Of a stretch of DNA of 42,851 nucleotides, positions 13,475 through 24,568 are shown piece after piece. A program made the position numbers and the translations under genes. The notes beneath the pieces were generated by a model that did not search any database, was not told where the DNA came from, and saw only the letters and a program-made list of their open reading frames with translations. The stretch spans positions 1-42,851 of the forward strand of contig JBIJDR010000003.1 of assembly GCA_044343985.1 (NCBI GenBank), read 5' to 3'. The DNA comes from Candidatus Limnocylindrus sp. Its GTDB lineage: Bacteria; Chloroflexota; Limnocylindria; Limnocylindrales; Limnocylindraceae. Positions within the stretch are counted from its first letter, which is position 1. Every line of letters begins with the position of its first letter.

Positions 13475-14419
13475 ATGAACCTCTCAACTTCGAACGCTAC
13501 GGCCCTGATCCGCGCCCGAGGTCTGACGAAGACCTTCGGGCCGCGGACGGCCGTGGACGCCATCAACTTTGACGTTCGCGACGGCGAGTTCTTCGGCTTC
13601 CTCGGACCGAACGGCGCGGGGAAGACGACCACGATGCGCATGATCGCTGGTGTCTCGCCGCGTACCGCCGGAACCCTTGAGATTTTTGGGAGCGATCCAG
13701 ATACGAATGGTCCGCACATTCGCGGGCAGCTCGGCGTGGTGCATCAGCAGGAGACGCTCGACCAAGAGCTCACCGTTCGGGAGAATCTGCTCATCTTCGG
13801 ACGCTTCTTCGGAATTGAGCGCAAGGAGATTGCCGAGCGCGCCGATCAGCTTCTTGAACTCTTCCAACTCTCCGATCGCGCCAAGGATCAGGTGGAGCCG
13901 CTCTCTGGTGGTATGAAGCGCAGGCTCTCTATTGCGCGTTCGCTAATCAATGCACCGCGCGTCTTGATGTTGGATGAGCCGACTACCGGCCTTGACCCAC
14001 AGGCGCGCCACCTTCTCTGGGATGCGCTGCAGCGACTGAAGCGCTCTGGCACAACGATCGTCTTGACGACGCACTACATGGATGAGGCGGAGCAGCTCTG
14101 CGACCGACTCGTGGTGATGGATCAGGCGAAGATCGTTGCGGAAGGTTCGCCGCGACAACTGATTGAAGAGCACGCTTCACGCGAAGTCCTTGAGTTGCGC
14201 TTCCCTGAAGGGACGAGCCGCATTAGCAAGGAGGCGCTCGAAGGTATTGGTGATCGCTACGAGCGACTCGCCGAACGCGTGATCATCGGCTGCGAGAATG
14301 GTGAAGCGGCACATGCGCGCGCACTGGAGCACGGCCTCGCCCCAGAGAGCTGGCTGGTGCGCCGCTCAAGCCTTGAAGATGTCTTCCTTCGACTGACTGG
14401 CCGGAGCCTCGACGAGTGA
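13475..14419 (+). CDS. ABC-2 exporter ATP-binding protein (NodI/DrrA-like)
   Basis: GPNGAGKTT, LSGGMKRRL, LMLDEPTTGLDPQAR, TTHYMDEAEQLCDR, LEDVFLRLTG. Confidence 0.92.
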   Translation: MNLSTSNATALIRARGLTKTFGPRTAVDAINFDVRDGEFFGFLGPNGAGKTTTMRMIAGVSPRTAGTLEIFGSDPDTNGPHIRGQLGVVHQQETLDQELTVRENLLIFGRFFGIERKEIAERADQLLELFQLSDRAKDQVEPLSGGMKRRLSIARSLINAPRVLMLDEPTTGLDPQARHLLWDALQRLKRSGTTIVLTTHYMDEAEQLCDRLVVMDQAKIVAEGSPRQLIEEHASREVLELRFPEGTSRISKEALEGIGDRYERLAERVIIGCENGEAAHARALEHGLAPESWLVRRSSLEDVFLRLTGRSLDE

Positions 14420-15258
14420 GCGCGGCGCAGATCGCGCCGCGACGATCACGCGGACTCTTCTCAACGATTGGTGCCTATCTCCCGCACCCAACGCGCTGGC
14501 GTCACGTGTTTGGCTACATGGTCGCTGTCTATCGCCGCGAGTGGATCGGCTCGGTCTTCTCCGGTTTCATTGAGCCGCTCGTTGTGCTTGCTGGACTCGG
14601 CATTGGGCTTGGCGTCCTAGTTGGTGATCGCGCGGCGGAGATCACCGGCGGGGTGAGCTACGTGGCCTATATCGCCCCCGCCCTCATGGCGAGCCAGGCG
14701 ATGCAGTTCGGCGCGGGTGAGGCGGCCTGGCCGATCCTCGGCCGCATCATGTGGGTGCGCATCTATCACGCCATGGTGGCAACACCGCTCAAGCCGACCG
14801 ACATCATCGTTGGGGCAATCCTCTTCATGGGTGGAAAGGTCGCCTTCGCCGCCGCCTTCTTCGCCGGCGTGCTGCTCGTGGCCGGCATCGCCACGAGCCC
14901 ACTCGGTGCGCTTGCCATGGTCGGCGTCTCCACGCTCACCGGGCTCGCCTTCGCCGCTCCCGTCACCGCCTTCTCCGTGACGCAGAAGACAGACCAAGGC
15001 TTTGCGATCATCTTCCGCCTCATCATCACCCCGCTCACCTTCTTCTCGGGCACCTACTTCCCCATTGAGAGCCTGCCAAGTTGGGCGCAACTCTTCTCCT
15101 GGTGCACGCCGCTTGCGCACGGCGTTGCGCTGGCGCGTGGCCTTGCACTCGGGACTGAGATCCCGAACGCGGCGACACACGTTGCCGTTCTAGCTGCTTG
15201 GACAATCGGTGGCACTGTGATCGCCTCGATCCTCTTCCGCCGCAGGATGCTGAAGTGA
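14416..15258 (+). CDS. ABC-2 exporter permease (NodJ-like)
   Basis: EP motif, YVAYIAP, FSGTYFPIESLP, PLAHGV; about 6 TM; GTGA overlap. Confidence 0.88.
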   Translation: MSAAQIAPRRSRGLFSTIGAYLPHPTRWRHVFGYMVAVYRREWIGSVFSGFIEPLVVLAGLGIGLGVLVGDRAAEITGGVSYVAYIAPALMASQAMQFGAGEAAWPILGRIMWVRIYHAMVATPLKPTDIIVGAILFMGGKVAFAAAFFAGVLLVAGIATSPLGALAMVGVSTLTGLAFAAPVTAFSVTQKTDQGFAIIFRLIITPLTFFSGTYFPIESLPSWAQLFSWCTPLAHGVALARGLALGTEIPNAATHVAVLAAWTIGGTVIASILFRRRMLK

Positions 15259-16028
15259 TCGCCTCAATTGCGCCACGCGCCCTCTCCGTCTTTCAGCGGA
15301 ACGTCTTCGTCTATCGGCGCCAGTGGCTGATGATCGCCACCGGCTTCTTTGAGCCGCTCTTCTTTCTTCTCGGAATCGGCTTCGGTGTTGGCGGCGTGAT
15401 CGGGACGCTCCCATACAACGGGGTTGAGGTTCCCTATGCGGCTTTCGTTGCACCAGCACTGTTGGCGAGCGCTGCAATGAACGGTGCCATCTTTGATTCC
15501 ACCTTCAACGTCTTCTACAAGTTGAAGTACGCAAGGGTCTATGACGCGATCCTCGCCACGCCAGTCTCTGTTGGCGACTTGGCTGTTGGTGAGCTGCTCT
15601 GGTCAAACCTGCGCGGCGTGATCTACGCCGTTGCCTTCCTCGCCGTGATGTTCGTCTTTGGCCTGGTCGCCTCACCACTCGCGCTGCTGACGCCGTTCGC
15701 CGTGGTGTTCATCGGCTTCGCCTTTGGTGCCGCAGGATTTGCGCTGACCACACATTTGCGCTCGTGGAAGGACTTCGACTTCATCTTCATCATCCTGACG
15801 CCACTCTTCCTCTTCTCTGCAACCTTCTATCCGGTGGAGATCTATCCGGGAGCCCTGCGTTATGTGGCGGAGCTCTCTCCCCTGACGCGTGGGACGCACC
15901 TGATTCGCTCGCTCTGTTTCGGCGATCTCAATTTGATGATGCTCGTTGATATCGGCTTCCTCGCGCTGATCGGCTTCCTTGGATACCGTCACGCAGTGAG
16001 CCGACTCGGCAAGCTGCTCCTGAAGTAG
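15255..16028 (+). CDS. ABC-2 exporter permease (NodJ-like), second paralog
   Basis: [30 protein letters not shown]; GTG15255 overlaps the previous stop. Confidence 0.88.
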   Translation: MIASIAPRALSVFQRNVFVYRRQWLMIATGFFEPLFFLLGIGFGVGGVIGTLPYNGVEVPYAAFVAPALLASAAMNGAIFDSTFNVFYKLKYARVYDAILATPVSVGDLAVGELLWSNLRGVIYAVAFLAVMFVFGLVASPLALLTPFAVVFIGFAFGAAGFALTTHLRSWKDFDFIFIILTPLFLFSATFYPVEIYPGALRYVAELSPLTRGTHLIRSLCFGDLNLMMLVDIGFLALIGFLGYRHAVSRLGKLLLK

Positions 16029-16035
16029 GCGCGCC

Positions 16036-17160
16036 ATGGCCCGCGACTTCTATTCAATCCTTGGTGTGCCGAAGTCTGCAAGTGCGGACGACATCAAGAA
16101 GGCCTTCCGCAAGGCGGCGCAGAAGCATCACCCCGACGTCTCCAAGGCGCCGGACGCTGCGGCAAAGTTCAAGGAGTTGAACGATGCATATCAAGTGCTC
16201 TCTGACACGGAGCAGCGCGCGCGCTACGACCGCTTCGGTGAGGCGGGAGTTGGTGGCGCGCCAGGCGGTGGGGGACGCGGCGGACCTGGCGGGGCGGGAG
16301 GCTTCCCTGGCGGCGGATTCTCTGGTGGATTCGGTGGCGGTGATTTCGGCTCAGTTGAGGATCTCTTTGAAGGCTTCTTCGGTGGCGCGGCACGCGGCGC
16401 GCGACGCACCGGTCCGCCACCTGGTGATGACCTCCGCTTTGACATGAAGGTGAGCTTCGCCGAATCCATTCGCGGTGGAACGCGCGAGGTGAACCTTGAT
16501 ATGCGCGTCGCCTGTGAGCCGTGCGGCGGCAACGGTGCCGCAAAGGGTTCAGGGACGAAGAGCTGCGATGGCTGTGGTGGTCGCGGCGAGGTGCGCACCG
16601 TGCGCCAGACGCTGCTCGGCCAGATGGCGGTCTCCGCGCCGTGCGGCAAGTGTTCCGGCGAAGGGAAGATCATCGAGAAGCCGTGCAGCAGCTGTCGCGG
16701 CGAAGGCCGTCTCAACGGAAGTAAGCGTCTCCGCGTAGACATTCCGCCAGGCGTTGATGACGGGACGCAGATTCGACTCTCAGGTCAAGGCGAGTCGGGG
16801 CGACGCGGTGGACCGGCGGGGAGCCTCTATGTGGTCGTCACCGTTGAAGAGCATCCACAACTTGTGCGCGACGGCATTGACCTTCTTACGGAGATTCCAA
16901 TCTCCATCTCGCAGGCGGCGCTCGGCGCGCGCGTCCTCATTCCAACCGCCGAAGGTGAAGAGGAGCTGGAGATCAAGGCTGGGACACAGCCGGGCGCTGA
17001 GCTACGGTTGAAGGGTCGCGGCGCACCGAACGTGCGACGACCATCGCAGCGCGGCGATCTGCGCATTGTTGTTGCGGTTGAAGTGCCAAAGAAGTTGAGC
17101 AAGGAGCAACGCGAAGCGTTGGAGCGATTCTCTAAGGCGAGCGGCGAGGAGATCAACTGA
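16036..17160 (+). CDS. dnaJ: Chaperone DnaJ
   Basis: J-domain with HPD, G/F-rich region, four CxxCxGxG repeats. Confidence 0.98.
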   Translation: MARDFYSILGVPKSASADDIKKAFRKAAQKHHPDVSKAPDAAAKFKELNDAYQVLSDTEQRARYDRFGEAGVGGAPGGGGRGGPGGAGGFPGGGFSGGFGGGDFGSVEDLFEGFFGGAARGARRTGPPPGDDLRFDMKVSFAESIRGGTREVNLDMRVACEPCGGNGAAKGSGTKSCDGCGGRGEVRTVRQTLLGQMAVSAPCGKCSGEGKIIEKPCSSCRGEGRLNGSKRLRVDIPPGVDDGTQIRLSGQGESGRRGGPAGSLYVVVTVEEHPQLVRDGIDLLTEIPISISQAALGARVLIPTAEGEEELEIKAGTQPGAELRLKGRGAPNVRRPSQRGDLRIVVAVEVPKKLSKEQREALERFSKASGEEIN

Positions 17161-18110
17161 GCGACGACGGCTGGCTCGAACTCTCCATCACCTGCGACCC
17201 TGAATCAGCAGAGGCGATCAGCGAGCGTCTGGCGCGCCTCGCCCCCGCTGGCACGAGCGCCGAACCCGCCGTCCCACCAGTGATCCCCGATGATGCGCTG
17301 ACGCCGCCACACGATCCGCTCGCCCCTGTGCGCATCCGCGCCTGGCTTCCAGATACCGCCGCGAATCAGGCGGCGGCGGCGGCGTTGCGTGACGAACTTG
17401 AACGATTCGCCGCGATCGCTGGGAGCGGCCTCGGGTTGCGCGGGATTGGTGAACTAGCGATGCGCAGCATTCCTGCAGAGGAGTGGGCGACCACCTGGCG
17501 CGCCGAGTTCCCTGTCCTTCGCCTCGGCAGGATCGTGATTCGACCGCCATGGAGTGAACACGTCGCCGAGCCAGGTGACGCGGTGGTGGTGATCGATCCG
17601 GGTCAGGCGTTCGGCACTGGGCTCCATCCAACCACGCGCCTTGCGCTCGCTGGCCTCAACCGCTGGGCGGACGCCGGACTCCTTGCCGCACTCCCGCGCG
17701 ACGGAGCGGGGATCGTTGACGTTGGAACGGGGAGCGGCATCCTGCTCGCCGCGGCGCTGCAGCTCGGCGCGTTGCACGGGAGCGGTATTGATATTGATCA
17801 GCTCGCCGTTGACGCGGCGCGCGGCAACCTTGAGCGCAACGGTCTCAGCGCGCGCGCAACGATTTCACTCGGCTCACTCCCACTCGCCAACGCTGCACCA
17901 CTCGTTGTAGCGAACCTTGTCGCGGCCCTGCACATCCAGCTCGCGCCACTCCTTGCCGCCGCCGTTGCACCTGGTGGACGACTCCTGGCGAGCGGCATCT
18001 TCACCGCACGTGCAGATGAGACGATCGCCGCGTTCAGTGCGGTGGGACTCACCTTGGTTGAGCGTTGGGGAGAGGGCGAGTGGGTTGCGCTAGAATTGAC
18101 GCATGGCTGA
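17157..18110 (+). CDS. prmA: Ribosomal protein L11 methyltransferase, probable CTG start
   Basis: [32 protein letters not shown]-terminal WLELSI lies upstream of the ORF-track start; in-frame CTG17157 overlaps the dnaJ TGA with an AGGAG SD. Confidence 0.9.
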   Translation: MSDDGWLELSITCDPESAEAISERLARLAPAGTSAEPAVPPVIPDDALTPPHDPLAPVRIRAWLPDTAANQAAAAALRDELERFAAIAGSGLGLRGIGELAMRSIPAEEWATTWRAEFPVLRLGRIVIRPPWSEHVAEPGDAVVVIDPGQAFGTGLHPTTRLALAGLNRWADAGLLAALPRDGAGIVDVGTGSGILLAAALQLGALHGSGIDIDQLAVDAARGNLERNGLSARATISLGSLPLANAAPLVVANLVAALHIQLAPLLAAAVAPGGRLLASGIFTARADETIAAFSAVGLTLVERWGEGEWVALELTHG

Positions 18111-18453
18111 TTGTCTCTTCTGTCGCATCATCGCCGGCGAGCTGCCAAGCACGCAGCACCACGCCTCCGACCTTGTGATTGCCTTTGAGGACATTGCGCC
18201 ACAGGCGCCACTGCATCTACTGATCGTCCCGCGCGAACATATTGGTTCGGCCGCCGATCTTCGCGACACGCCGCAACATGCGGCGCTCCTTGCGCGCATG
18301 CACGCCGTTGCGGCGGAGCTCGCCGCGGCGGCTGGCTACGCGGATCGCGGATGGCGACTGGTGAGTAATGTCGGCGACGAGGGTGGCCAGGCAATTCAAC
18401 ATCTGCACTACCACCTGCTCGCCGGAAGGCAGCTCACCTGGCCACCAGGATGA
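18103..18453 (+). CDS. HIT family nucleotide-binding protein (HinT-like)
   Basis: DCLFCRI, DIAPQAPLHLLIVP, GQAIQHLHYHLLAGR histidine triad. Confidence 0.93.
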   Translation: MADCLFCRIIAGELPSTQHHASDLVIAFEDIAPQAPLHLLIVPREHIGSAADLRDTPQHAALLARMHAVAAELAAAAGYADRGWRLVSNVGDEGGQAIQHLHYHLLAGRQLTWPPG

Positions 18454-19025
18454 GTGAGGCGCCGCAGCCAAAACGTTCGCGCCGCTCGCGTGCCGTGCCG
18501 TTCTTCATCTTGATCGCTGGCTTCGCCCTCTTCACAGCGCTCTCTGGCGGACCACCACCACCTGAGCCACAGGGGCAACCCGCATCTGCTGCGCCAACAC
18601 CGCGCAGTGCTGAAGAGACGGCACAGGCGACGGAGTATCTGAGTGCGGCGATTCGCGCCGCGGGACTCGGCGTCATCACGGGTGGCGCCGATGTGCGCCC
18701 ACCACTCCCGCCAGAGTTCAATGCCCTGCCGCGCGTTGTGGTGCGCGGCGCATCAACGAACGACCCGGTCGGAATCCCGCTGGTGGCCGTGGTCTTCCCT
18801 GACGCCGCCTCCGCCTCCAGCGCGGCGGGGCGAGTTGCGGAGTATCTCGTCGCCCCGCAGACGCTCGTCCTGGTCCCCCCAGATGCTCGATTCACCCTCC
18901 GCCTCAGCGGCAGCCTCCTGATCCTCTTCCAGCGCACCCCTTCGGCAGACCCAGATCCCGCCGCAGCGGAGGCCCTCCTCGTCGTGCTCGCCACGCTCGG
19001 GGAAGAGATCCCTCTCCCTCGTTGA
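18450..19025 (+). CDS. Hypothetical membrane-anchored or secreted protein
   Basis: Basic N-terminus, one hydrophobic segment, Pro-rich linker; ATGA overlap. Confidence 0.7.
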   Translation: MSEAPQPKRSRRSRAVPFFILIAGFALFTALSGGPPPPEPQGQPASAAPTPRSAEETAQATEYLSAAIRAAGLGVITGGADVRPPLPPEFNALPRVVVRGASTNDPVGIPLVAVVFPDAASASSAAGRVAEYLVAPQTLVLVPPDARFTLRLSGSLLILFQRTPSADPDPAAAEALLVVLATLGEEIPLPR

Positions 19026-19077
19026 GTCGGCCCCTCGCTGAATCGGGTATCCTCCTCATCCCATAGGAGGTACATAA

Positions 19078-19263
19078 GTGGCAGAAGTTCGCATTGGTGA
19101 TAACGAGTCCTTTGAGGCTGCGTTGCGCCGATTCAATAAGAAGGTCCAGCAGGCCGGCATCCTTGCCGAGTCTCGTCGCCGCGACGCGTTCGAAAACGCA
19201 GCGGAGAAGAAGAAGCGCAAGGACGCAAAGAAGAAGAAGCCGTCAGGCCCTCGCGGGATCTGA
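19078..19263 (+). CDS. rpsU: 30S ribosomal protein bS21
   Basis: ESFEAALRRFNKKVQQAGILAESRRR; SD AGGAGG. Confidence 0.95.
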   Translation: MAEVRIGDNESFEAALRRFNKKVQQAGILAESRRRDAFENAAEKKKRKDAKKKKPSGPRGI

Positions 19264-19311
19264 TCCCTCGCGCGCCCCGTGGCGGCGCGAGCCGTCGGAG
19301 AGGAGCAGCGC

Positions 19312-19764
19312 ATGTCGCTTCGTGAACAGCTAAGAGCCGATATGGCCGCATCAATGCGGTCGGGCGAGACGCTACGCCGCGACACCATCCGTATGGCGCT
19401 CTCTGCACTCTCACTCGTTGAGAAGGAGCAGAAGCACGACGCCACTGATGAGGAGACGCTCACCGTCCTGGTGAAGGCGGTCAAGACGCGCCGTGAATCT
19501 GTTGACGCATACCTTGCGGCGAATCGGCCAGACCTTGCCGCCGCCGAAGAGGCGGAGATTGCGATCCTCGCCGTCTACCTCCCAGAGCAGCTCACCGACG
19601 CAGATGTGGATGCGCTGGTGAAGCAGGCGATCGCCGAGACCGGCGCCAGCTCCGCGAAGGAGATGGGGAAGGTGATGGGCTGGCTCGCCCCCAAGACAAA
19701 GGGTCGCGTCGACGGCAAGGTCCTCTCCGGGAAGGTCACCGCGGCACTCGCAGCACTCGGATGA
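19312..19764 (+). CDS. yqeY: GatB/YqeY domain protein
   Basis: MSLREQL, RRES, EIAILAVYLPEQL, KEMGKVMG, KGRVDG; ATG19312 with SD GAGGAG; follows rpsU. Confidence 0.92.
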   Translation: MSLREQLRADMAASMRSGETLRRDTIRMALSALSLVEKEQKHDATDEETLTVLVKAVKTRRESVDAYLAANRPDLAAAEEAEIAILAVYLPEQLTDADVDALVKQAIAETGASSAKEMGKVMGWLAPKTKGRVDGKVLSGKVTAALAALG

Positions 19765-20309
19765 GTCGCGACGCAGGCCCGCGCGCCCGCGTCACTCGGC
19801 AGCGTCGTGGCGGAGTCAGCATCACCTCAACAGAACTCTCCGCACTTGTTGCGCGCGCACTGCGTCGCGCCGGCGCACCAGCCAACGGCGAAGCGGTGCT
19901 CACCCTCGTTGATGACGACACGATCGCAAAGCTCAACGCAACGCATATGGGGAAGCGCGGTCCCACTGATGTACTCAGCTTCCCGTTGATTGACCCGCGC
20001 GACTTCCCTGCGCGCGCCAGCGCACGAAGCGCCAGCACGCGGCAGCGCGGCGTGGCGGCGCAGTTGCCGATCGGTGACATCGTGATCAGCGTGGATCGTG
20101 CCATCGAACAGGCCCGCGACGGGCGTGGCGGAACGGATGGGGCGACGAAGCACTCGGTGGCGGATGAGGTCCGCCTCCTCGCCGTTCACGGCGCGCTGCA
20201 CCTCTGCGGCTGGGATCACGACACCCCGGCGTCTCAGGCGGCGATGTGGCGTGAGCAGACGCTCATCCTGCGCGCGCATACTGCAGCAATGAAGAGGAGC
20301 GGCCGATGA
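19761..20309 (+). CDS. ybeY: rRNA maturation endoribonuclease YbeY
   Basis: PTDVLSFP, IGDIVIS, HGALHLCGWDH (H-x3-H-x5-H). Confidence 0.92.
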   Translation: MSRDAGPRARVTRQRRGGVSITSTELSALVARALRRAGAPANGEAVLTLVDDDTIAKLNATHMGKRGPTDVLSFPLIDPRDFPARASARSASTRQRGVAAQLPIGDIVISVDRAIEQARDGRGGTDGATKHSVADEVRLLAVHGALHLCGWDHDTPASQAAMWREQTLILRAHTAAMKRSGR

Positions 20310-21040
20310 GCGTTGATCGACGCCTGATTGTAGGACTCGGGAATCCAGGCGAGAAGTATCGCTACACGCGACACAACATCGCCTGGCTGATTCTGGACGC
20401 CTTCGCCGATCGCGTGAAGTGGCGTGGCGGTGGGAAAGAGCGCGACGCGGCGATGGTGCATGCCGGCCGCGTGCTCGGACTCGACCTTGTTGTGGCAAAG
20501 CCAACCACCTTCATGAATGAGTCAGGGATTGCGGTGCGCAAGCTGCTCGCCGCTGATCGCGTCTCTATTGATCATCTTCTGGTGGTGGTGGACGACTTCA
20601 GCCTCCCCTTCGGCGCGCTGCGCTTCCGCGAGAGCGGCAGTGATGGTGGGCATAATGGGCTCGCTTCAATTGAGGCGGAGATGCAGACCGATCGCTATCC
20701 ACGCCTTCGCGTTGGGATCGGCGATCCATCCGGGAGTGGCGGGGCGCAGCAGCATGTGCTGAACGAGTTCAGCGCCGCCGAACGTCTGCGCATCCCAGAG
20801 ATCAGCGCCGCCGCAGGCGAGGCGATTGAGAGTTGGGCGCGGCTCGGCTTGAATAAGGCGGCGACCGCGTTTAACAACTGGAAGCTTGCAGAGCCTGAGG
20901 CGGGGAGCGCTTCGGATCCTGCAAACCTGCCGAAGGCGGGAGAGGTTGACGGTCCCGCTGGGAGCGACGGGATTCGCAAGACGGCGCACGGCTGGCGGAA
21001 GCCGCTCGGCAAGGGCGACCGAACCGACTCCGAACGGTGA
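20306..21040 (+). CDS. pth: Peptidyl-tRNA hydrolase with C-terminal extension
   Basis: LIVGLGNPG, TRHN, KPTTFMNESG, GSDGGHNGL, RLRVGIG. Confidence 0.95.
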   Translation: MSVDRRLIVGLGNPGEKYRYTRHNIAWLILDAFADRVKWRGGGKERDAAMVHAGRVLGLDLVVAKPTTFMNESGIAVRKLLAADRVSIDHLLVVVDDFSLPFGALRFRESGSDGGHNGLASIEAEMQTDRYPRLRVGIGDPSGSGGAQQHVLNEFSAAERLRIPEISAAAGEAIESWARLGLNKAATAFNNWKLAEPEAGSASDPANLPKAGEVDGPAGSDGIRKTAHGWRKPLGKGDRTDSER

Positions 21041-24000
21041 GCGGATCGCGCGTGGCGCTCGCCGCGCTGCTCGCGCGCCTCTCGGAAAGCGAACCGTTCG
21101 CAGAGATTCAGCGCACGCTTGGTAAGAAGCACGCCGCATCGCTGATCCACCTTCCACATCCGGCAAAGGCGGCGCTTGTTGCCGCACTCGCTGCAGATCA
21201 GCGCGTGGTCTGGATTGCGCGTGACCCAGAGGTTGCGGAGCGCGTCGCTGACACGCTGCGCGCCTGGGTCAGCGACCCTGAGAGCATCACCCTCCTTGAG
21301 CCGCGCAGCGCCCTTCCATATGAGCGCGGTGAGCTGGTGGTGGATGAGTCGGCCGGTCGCGTGGCGGCACTCGCCGCATGGAGTGGCGGTCTGTCGCACA
21401 TCCTCGTTACGTCACTGATTGCCGCGCTGCAGAACAGCATCGATCCAGCCAGCCTCAGTGAGGGCTCACTACTGATGCAGCCTGGCGCGCGCATGTCGCT
21501 TGATGACGCAACGCACCGTGTGGCGGCCCTCGGCTACGAGCGCGTCCCGCTTGTTGGCGGACGCGGCGAGTTTGCGCGACGCGGCGGCATCCTTGACCTC
21601 TTCCCCGCAGGGGCGAGTGAGCCACTGCGTGTGGAGTGGTTCGGCGATGAGATTGAGAGCATCCGTGCCATTGATCCGGCAACACAGCGGAGCGGCGCGA
21701 CGCTCCCACGCGCGTACCTCCTCCCCGCAAGCGAGTTTCCGCTCGGCGCGGCACGAGTCGCCGCCGCGCGTAAGGCAGCCGAAAAGATTGCCGCAAAAGA
21801 CGGCGTGGAGCTTGCGCCAGGACTGCTCGCCGATCTCGCACGCTGGGAGTCAGCCGATCAACCAGATCGCGGCGACGGACTAGAGATCTGGGCGCCACTC
21901 ATTGCGCCAACGCGACCGATCGACGCGTTCGGCGACGCGCTCATAATCCTTGATGAGCCGAGCGAACTCGTCACCACCGCAGAGTCACTGGCACGCCAGA
22001 GCGCCGAACGCTTTGATGTCTTGCGCACCACGCGCATTCTGCCGCCGTCATGGCCGGCGCCAATCCCGCCACCAGCACTCAGCATTGCGGCACTCGCGTC
22101 TAGTGGAACTGCGCGACTTGAACTCACCTGGAGTTCTGAAGCGGGGCGCATGACCAAGAGCACGCCGAGCGATCCCTTCTCCTGGCACGACCCGCTGGTC
22201 CCCGCTGGCCGCACGCGCGCCATGGGCGAGGCGGTAGAGGGGTGGCAACGCGACGGCGCGCGCGTGGTGATCGTCTCGGAGCAGGCGTCGCGACTCGCCG
22301 AGCTGCTCGCTGAGGCTGGTGTTGCAACACCCGTGAGTGAGTCGATCCCACGCGATCCGAAACCGGGAAGCATCACGCTCCTGCACGGTGGACTCGACGG
22401 CGGCTTCCAAGGCGGCGTGGATGCGCTCACAGTGATTACCGATCGCGAACTCTTCGGCGCAACGCGCGTCCGCCGCGTGGCGGTGCACCGTCGCGGCATC
22501 ACGCGGGAGGCGGCGGAGCGGCTGACGCCAGGCGACCTGTTGGTGCATATCGATCACGGCCTCGGACGATTCCTGCGCATGGTGCGTCGCGGCGGCGAGG
22601 GGGACGAGCGCGACTACTTGGAGATTGAGTACGGCGGCGGTGATCGCGTCTTTGTTCCAACTGAGCAGCTCGGCAGGATTGCGCGCTACACGGGCGCAGA
22701 GGATCCGGCACTCAGTCGACTCGGCGGCGGCGAGTGGCGACGTGCGAAGGATCGCGCCAAGAGTGCAGCGGACGATCTTGCCGATGAGTTGCTGCGCACC
22801 TATGCGGCGCGCGAGCTGGCGCACCGTCCGCCGATCCAGGGCGACTCACCGTGGCTGATTGAATTCGAGGCGGCCTTCCCCTTCCGCGAGACGCCAGATC
22901 AGCTCGCCGCAATTGAGGCAACCAAGGGCGACCTTGCACGCGCACGGCCCATGGATCGCGTCATTGTGGGCGACGTTGGCTACGGGAAGACCGAGGTGGC
23001 GCTGCGCGCCGCCTTCGCCGCGCTGGAAGCCGGGCGCCAGGTGGCGCTCCTCGTCCCCACCACCATCTTGGCGCTGCAACACATCGAAACCTTCCGTCGC
23101 CGTCTTGCGGCGTATCCATTCCGACTCGAACTCCTCTCGCGTAGCATCTCGCCGGCAAAGCAGGCCGAGGTGGTGGCGGGCCTCAATGATGGAAGCGTGG
23201 ACCTTGTCGTCGCCACGCACCGACTCCTGTCAAAGGACGTCTCGTTTAGCCGACTCGGTCTCTTGGTCGTTGACGAAGAGCATCGCTTCGGTGTTGCGGC
23301 AAAGGAGCGGCTGAAGTCGATCCGCGCTGAGCTCGACGTGATGACGCTCACCGCCACGCCGATCCCGCGCACGCTGAATCTCGCCCTCTCCGGCATTCGC
23401 GACCTCTCCACGATTGAGACGCCACCAGAGGACCGCCACCCTGTAGCGACGCGCGTTGCCGAGGCGAGCCTTGAACTGGTGCGCGATGCGCTCGCCAGAG
23501 AGCTGGAGCGCGGCGGTCAGTCGTACTACGTCCACAATCGTGTGGAATCGATTGAGGCGGCGGCGGAGCAGCTGCGCGGACTCTTGCCAGATGCACGGAT
23601 TACCGTGGGTCACGGACAGATGGAGGATCGCAAGCTCGAGCGCGTGATGGGCGAGTTTGTCCGCGGCGAGGTGGACATTCTGGTCTGTACCACCATCATT
23701 GAGTCGGGTCTCGACATTCCAAATGCCAATACGATCGTTGTGGATCGCGCCGATAAGCTCGGCCTGGCGCAGCTCTATCAGCTGCGCGGCCGCGTTGGGC
23801 GAAGCAGTCGTCGCGCCTGGTGCTACCTCCTCTATCGCCAGGAGGATGCGTTGAGCGAGGTTGCGCGGAAGCGACTGAAGGCGATCTTTGATGCGGCGCA
23901 CCTTGGCGCCGGATTCCAGTTGGCGCTCGCCGATCTTGAGATTCGCGGTGCGGGTGATCTGCTCGGTGGCGAACAGTCGGGACACATTGCCGCGGTCGGG

Positions 24001-24558
24001 TTCGATCTCTACTCGCAACTCCTCGCCGAATCGGTTGAGGTGAAGCGCGCCGAGCGCGAGGGTCGTCCGCCGGTGCGCAAGCGCAGTACGGCGATCCTCG
24101 ACCTTCCGGTCACAGCACATCTACCGAACAGCTATGTGGAGGATGAGGGGCAGCGACTCGATCTCTATCGCCGACTCGGCGCGGCGCAGAGCGAGAAGTC
24201 AATCGAGTCCATTGCAGACGAGATGCGCGATCGATTCGGCGAGGCGCCGCCGCCAGCGCAGCGACTTATTGAAGTGGCGCAACTTCGCGCCGACGCGAGT
24301 GACGCGGGGATCGCGTCGATCGTGCGCGATGAGGGTCGCCTGGTGATTCGATTCGGTGACCTGCCACGCGGCGTTGCGGAGCGCGTCCTCGCCGATCGAC
24401 CACGGGGGGAGCTCAGCTTCCAGCAGGGGGGACTCCGCTCTACCGTCGCGGCGAGCCCAGAGCGCACCTGGCGCCTTGCGGTGGAGATCGTGGGGGCGCT
24501 CGCCGTGGAGGCACGGCGACTGGAGGCGGCCGCCACGTCCGCCGCCCCTCTCGCGTAA
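21037..24558 (+). CDS. mfd: Transcription-repair coupling factor
   Basis: [68 protein letters not shown]-terminal domain. Confidence 0.98.
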   Translation: MSGSRVALAALLARLSESEPFAEIQRTLGKKHAASLIHLPHPAKAALVAALAADQRVVWIARDPEVAERVADTLRAWVSDPESITLLEPRSALPYERGELVVDESAGRVAALAAWSGGLSHILVTSLIAALQNSIDPASLSEGSLLMQPGARMSLDDATHRVAALGYERVPLVGGRGEFARRGGILDLFPAGASEPLRVEWFGDEIESIRAIDPATQRSGATLPRAYLLPASEFPLGAARVAAARKAAEKIAAKDGVELAPGLLADLARWESADQPDRGDGLEIWAPLIAPTRPIDAFGDALIILDEPSELVTTAESLARQSAERFDVLRTTRILPPSWPAPIPPPALSIAALASSGTARLELTWSSEAGRMTKSTPSDPFSWHDPLVPAGRTRAMGEAVEGWQRDGARVVIVSEQASRLAELLAEAGVATPVSESIPRDPKPGSITLLHGGLDGGFQGGVDALTVITDRELFGATRVRRVAVHRRGITREAAERLTPGDLLVHIDHGLGRFLRMVRRGGEGDERDYLEIEYGGGDRVFVPTEQLGRIARYTGAEDPALSRLGGGEWRRAKDRAKSAADDLADELLRTYAARELAHRPPIQGDSPWLIEFEAAFPFRETPDQLAAIEATKGDLARARPMDRVIVGDVGYGKTEVALRAAFAALEAGRQVALLVPTTILALQHIETFRRRLAAYPFRLELLSRSISPAKQAEVVAGLNDGSVDLVVATHRLLSKDVSFSRLGLLVVDEEHRFGVAAKERLKSIRAELDVMTLTATPIPRTLNLALSGIRDLSTIETPPEDRHPVATRVAEASLELVRDALARELERGGQSYYVHNRVESIEAAAEQLRGLLPDARITVGHGQMEDRKLERVMGEFVRGEVDILVCTTIIESGLDIPNANTIVVDRADKLGLAQLYQLRGRVGRSSRRAWCYLLYRQEDALSEVARKRLKAIFDAAHLGAGFQLALADLEIRGAGDLLGGEQSGHIAAVGFDLYSQLLAESVEVKRAEREGRPPVRKRSTAILDLPVTAHLPNSYVEDEGQRLDLYRRLGAAQSEKSIESIADEMRDRFGEAPPPAQRLIEVAQLRADASDAGIASIVRDEGRLVIRFGDLPRGVAERVLADRPRGELSFQQGGLRSTVAASPERTWRLAVEIVGALAVEARRLEAAATSAAPLA

Positions 24559-24568
24559 ACTTCCGCAC

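Noticed and set aside
13475-16028. Nodulation (nodIJ) function
   Set aside because: Only family resemblance; no nodABC genes in the window
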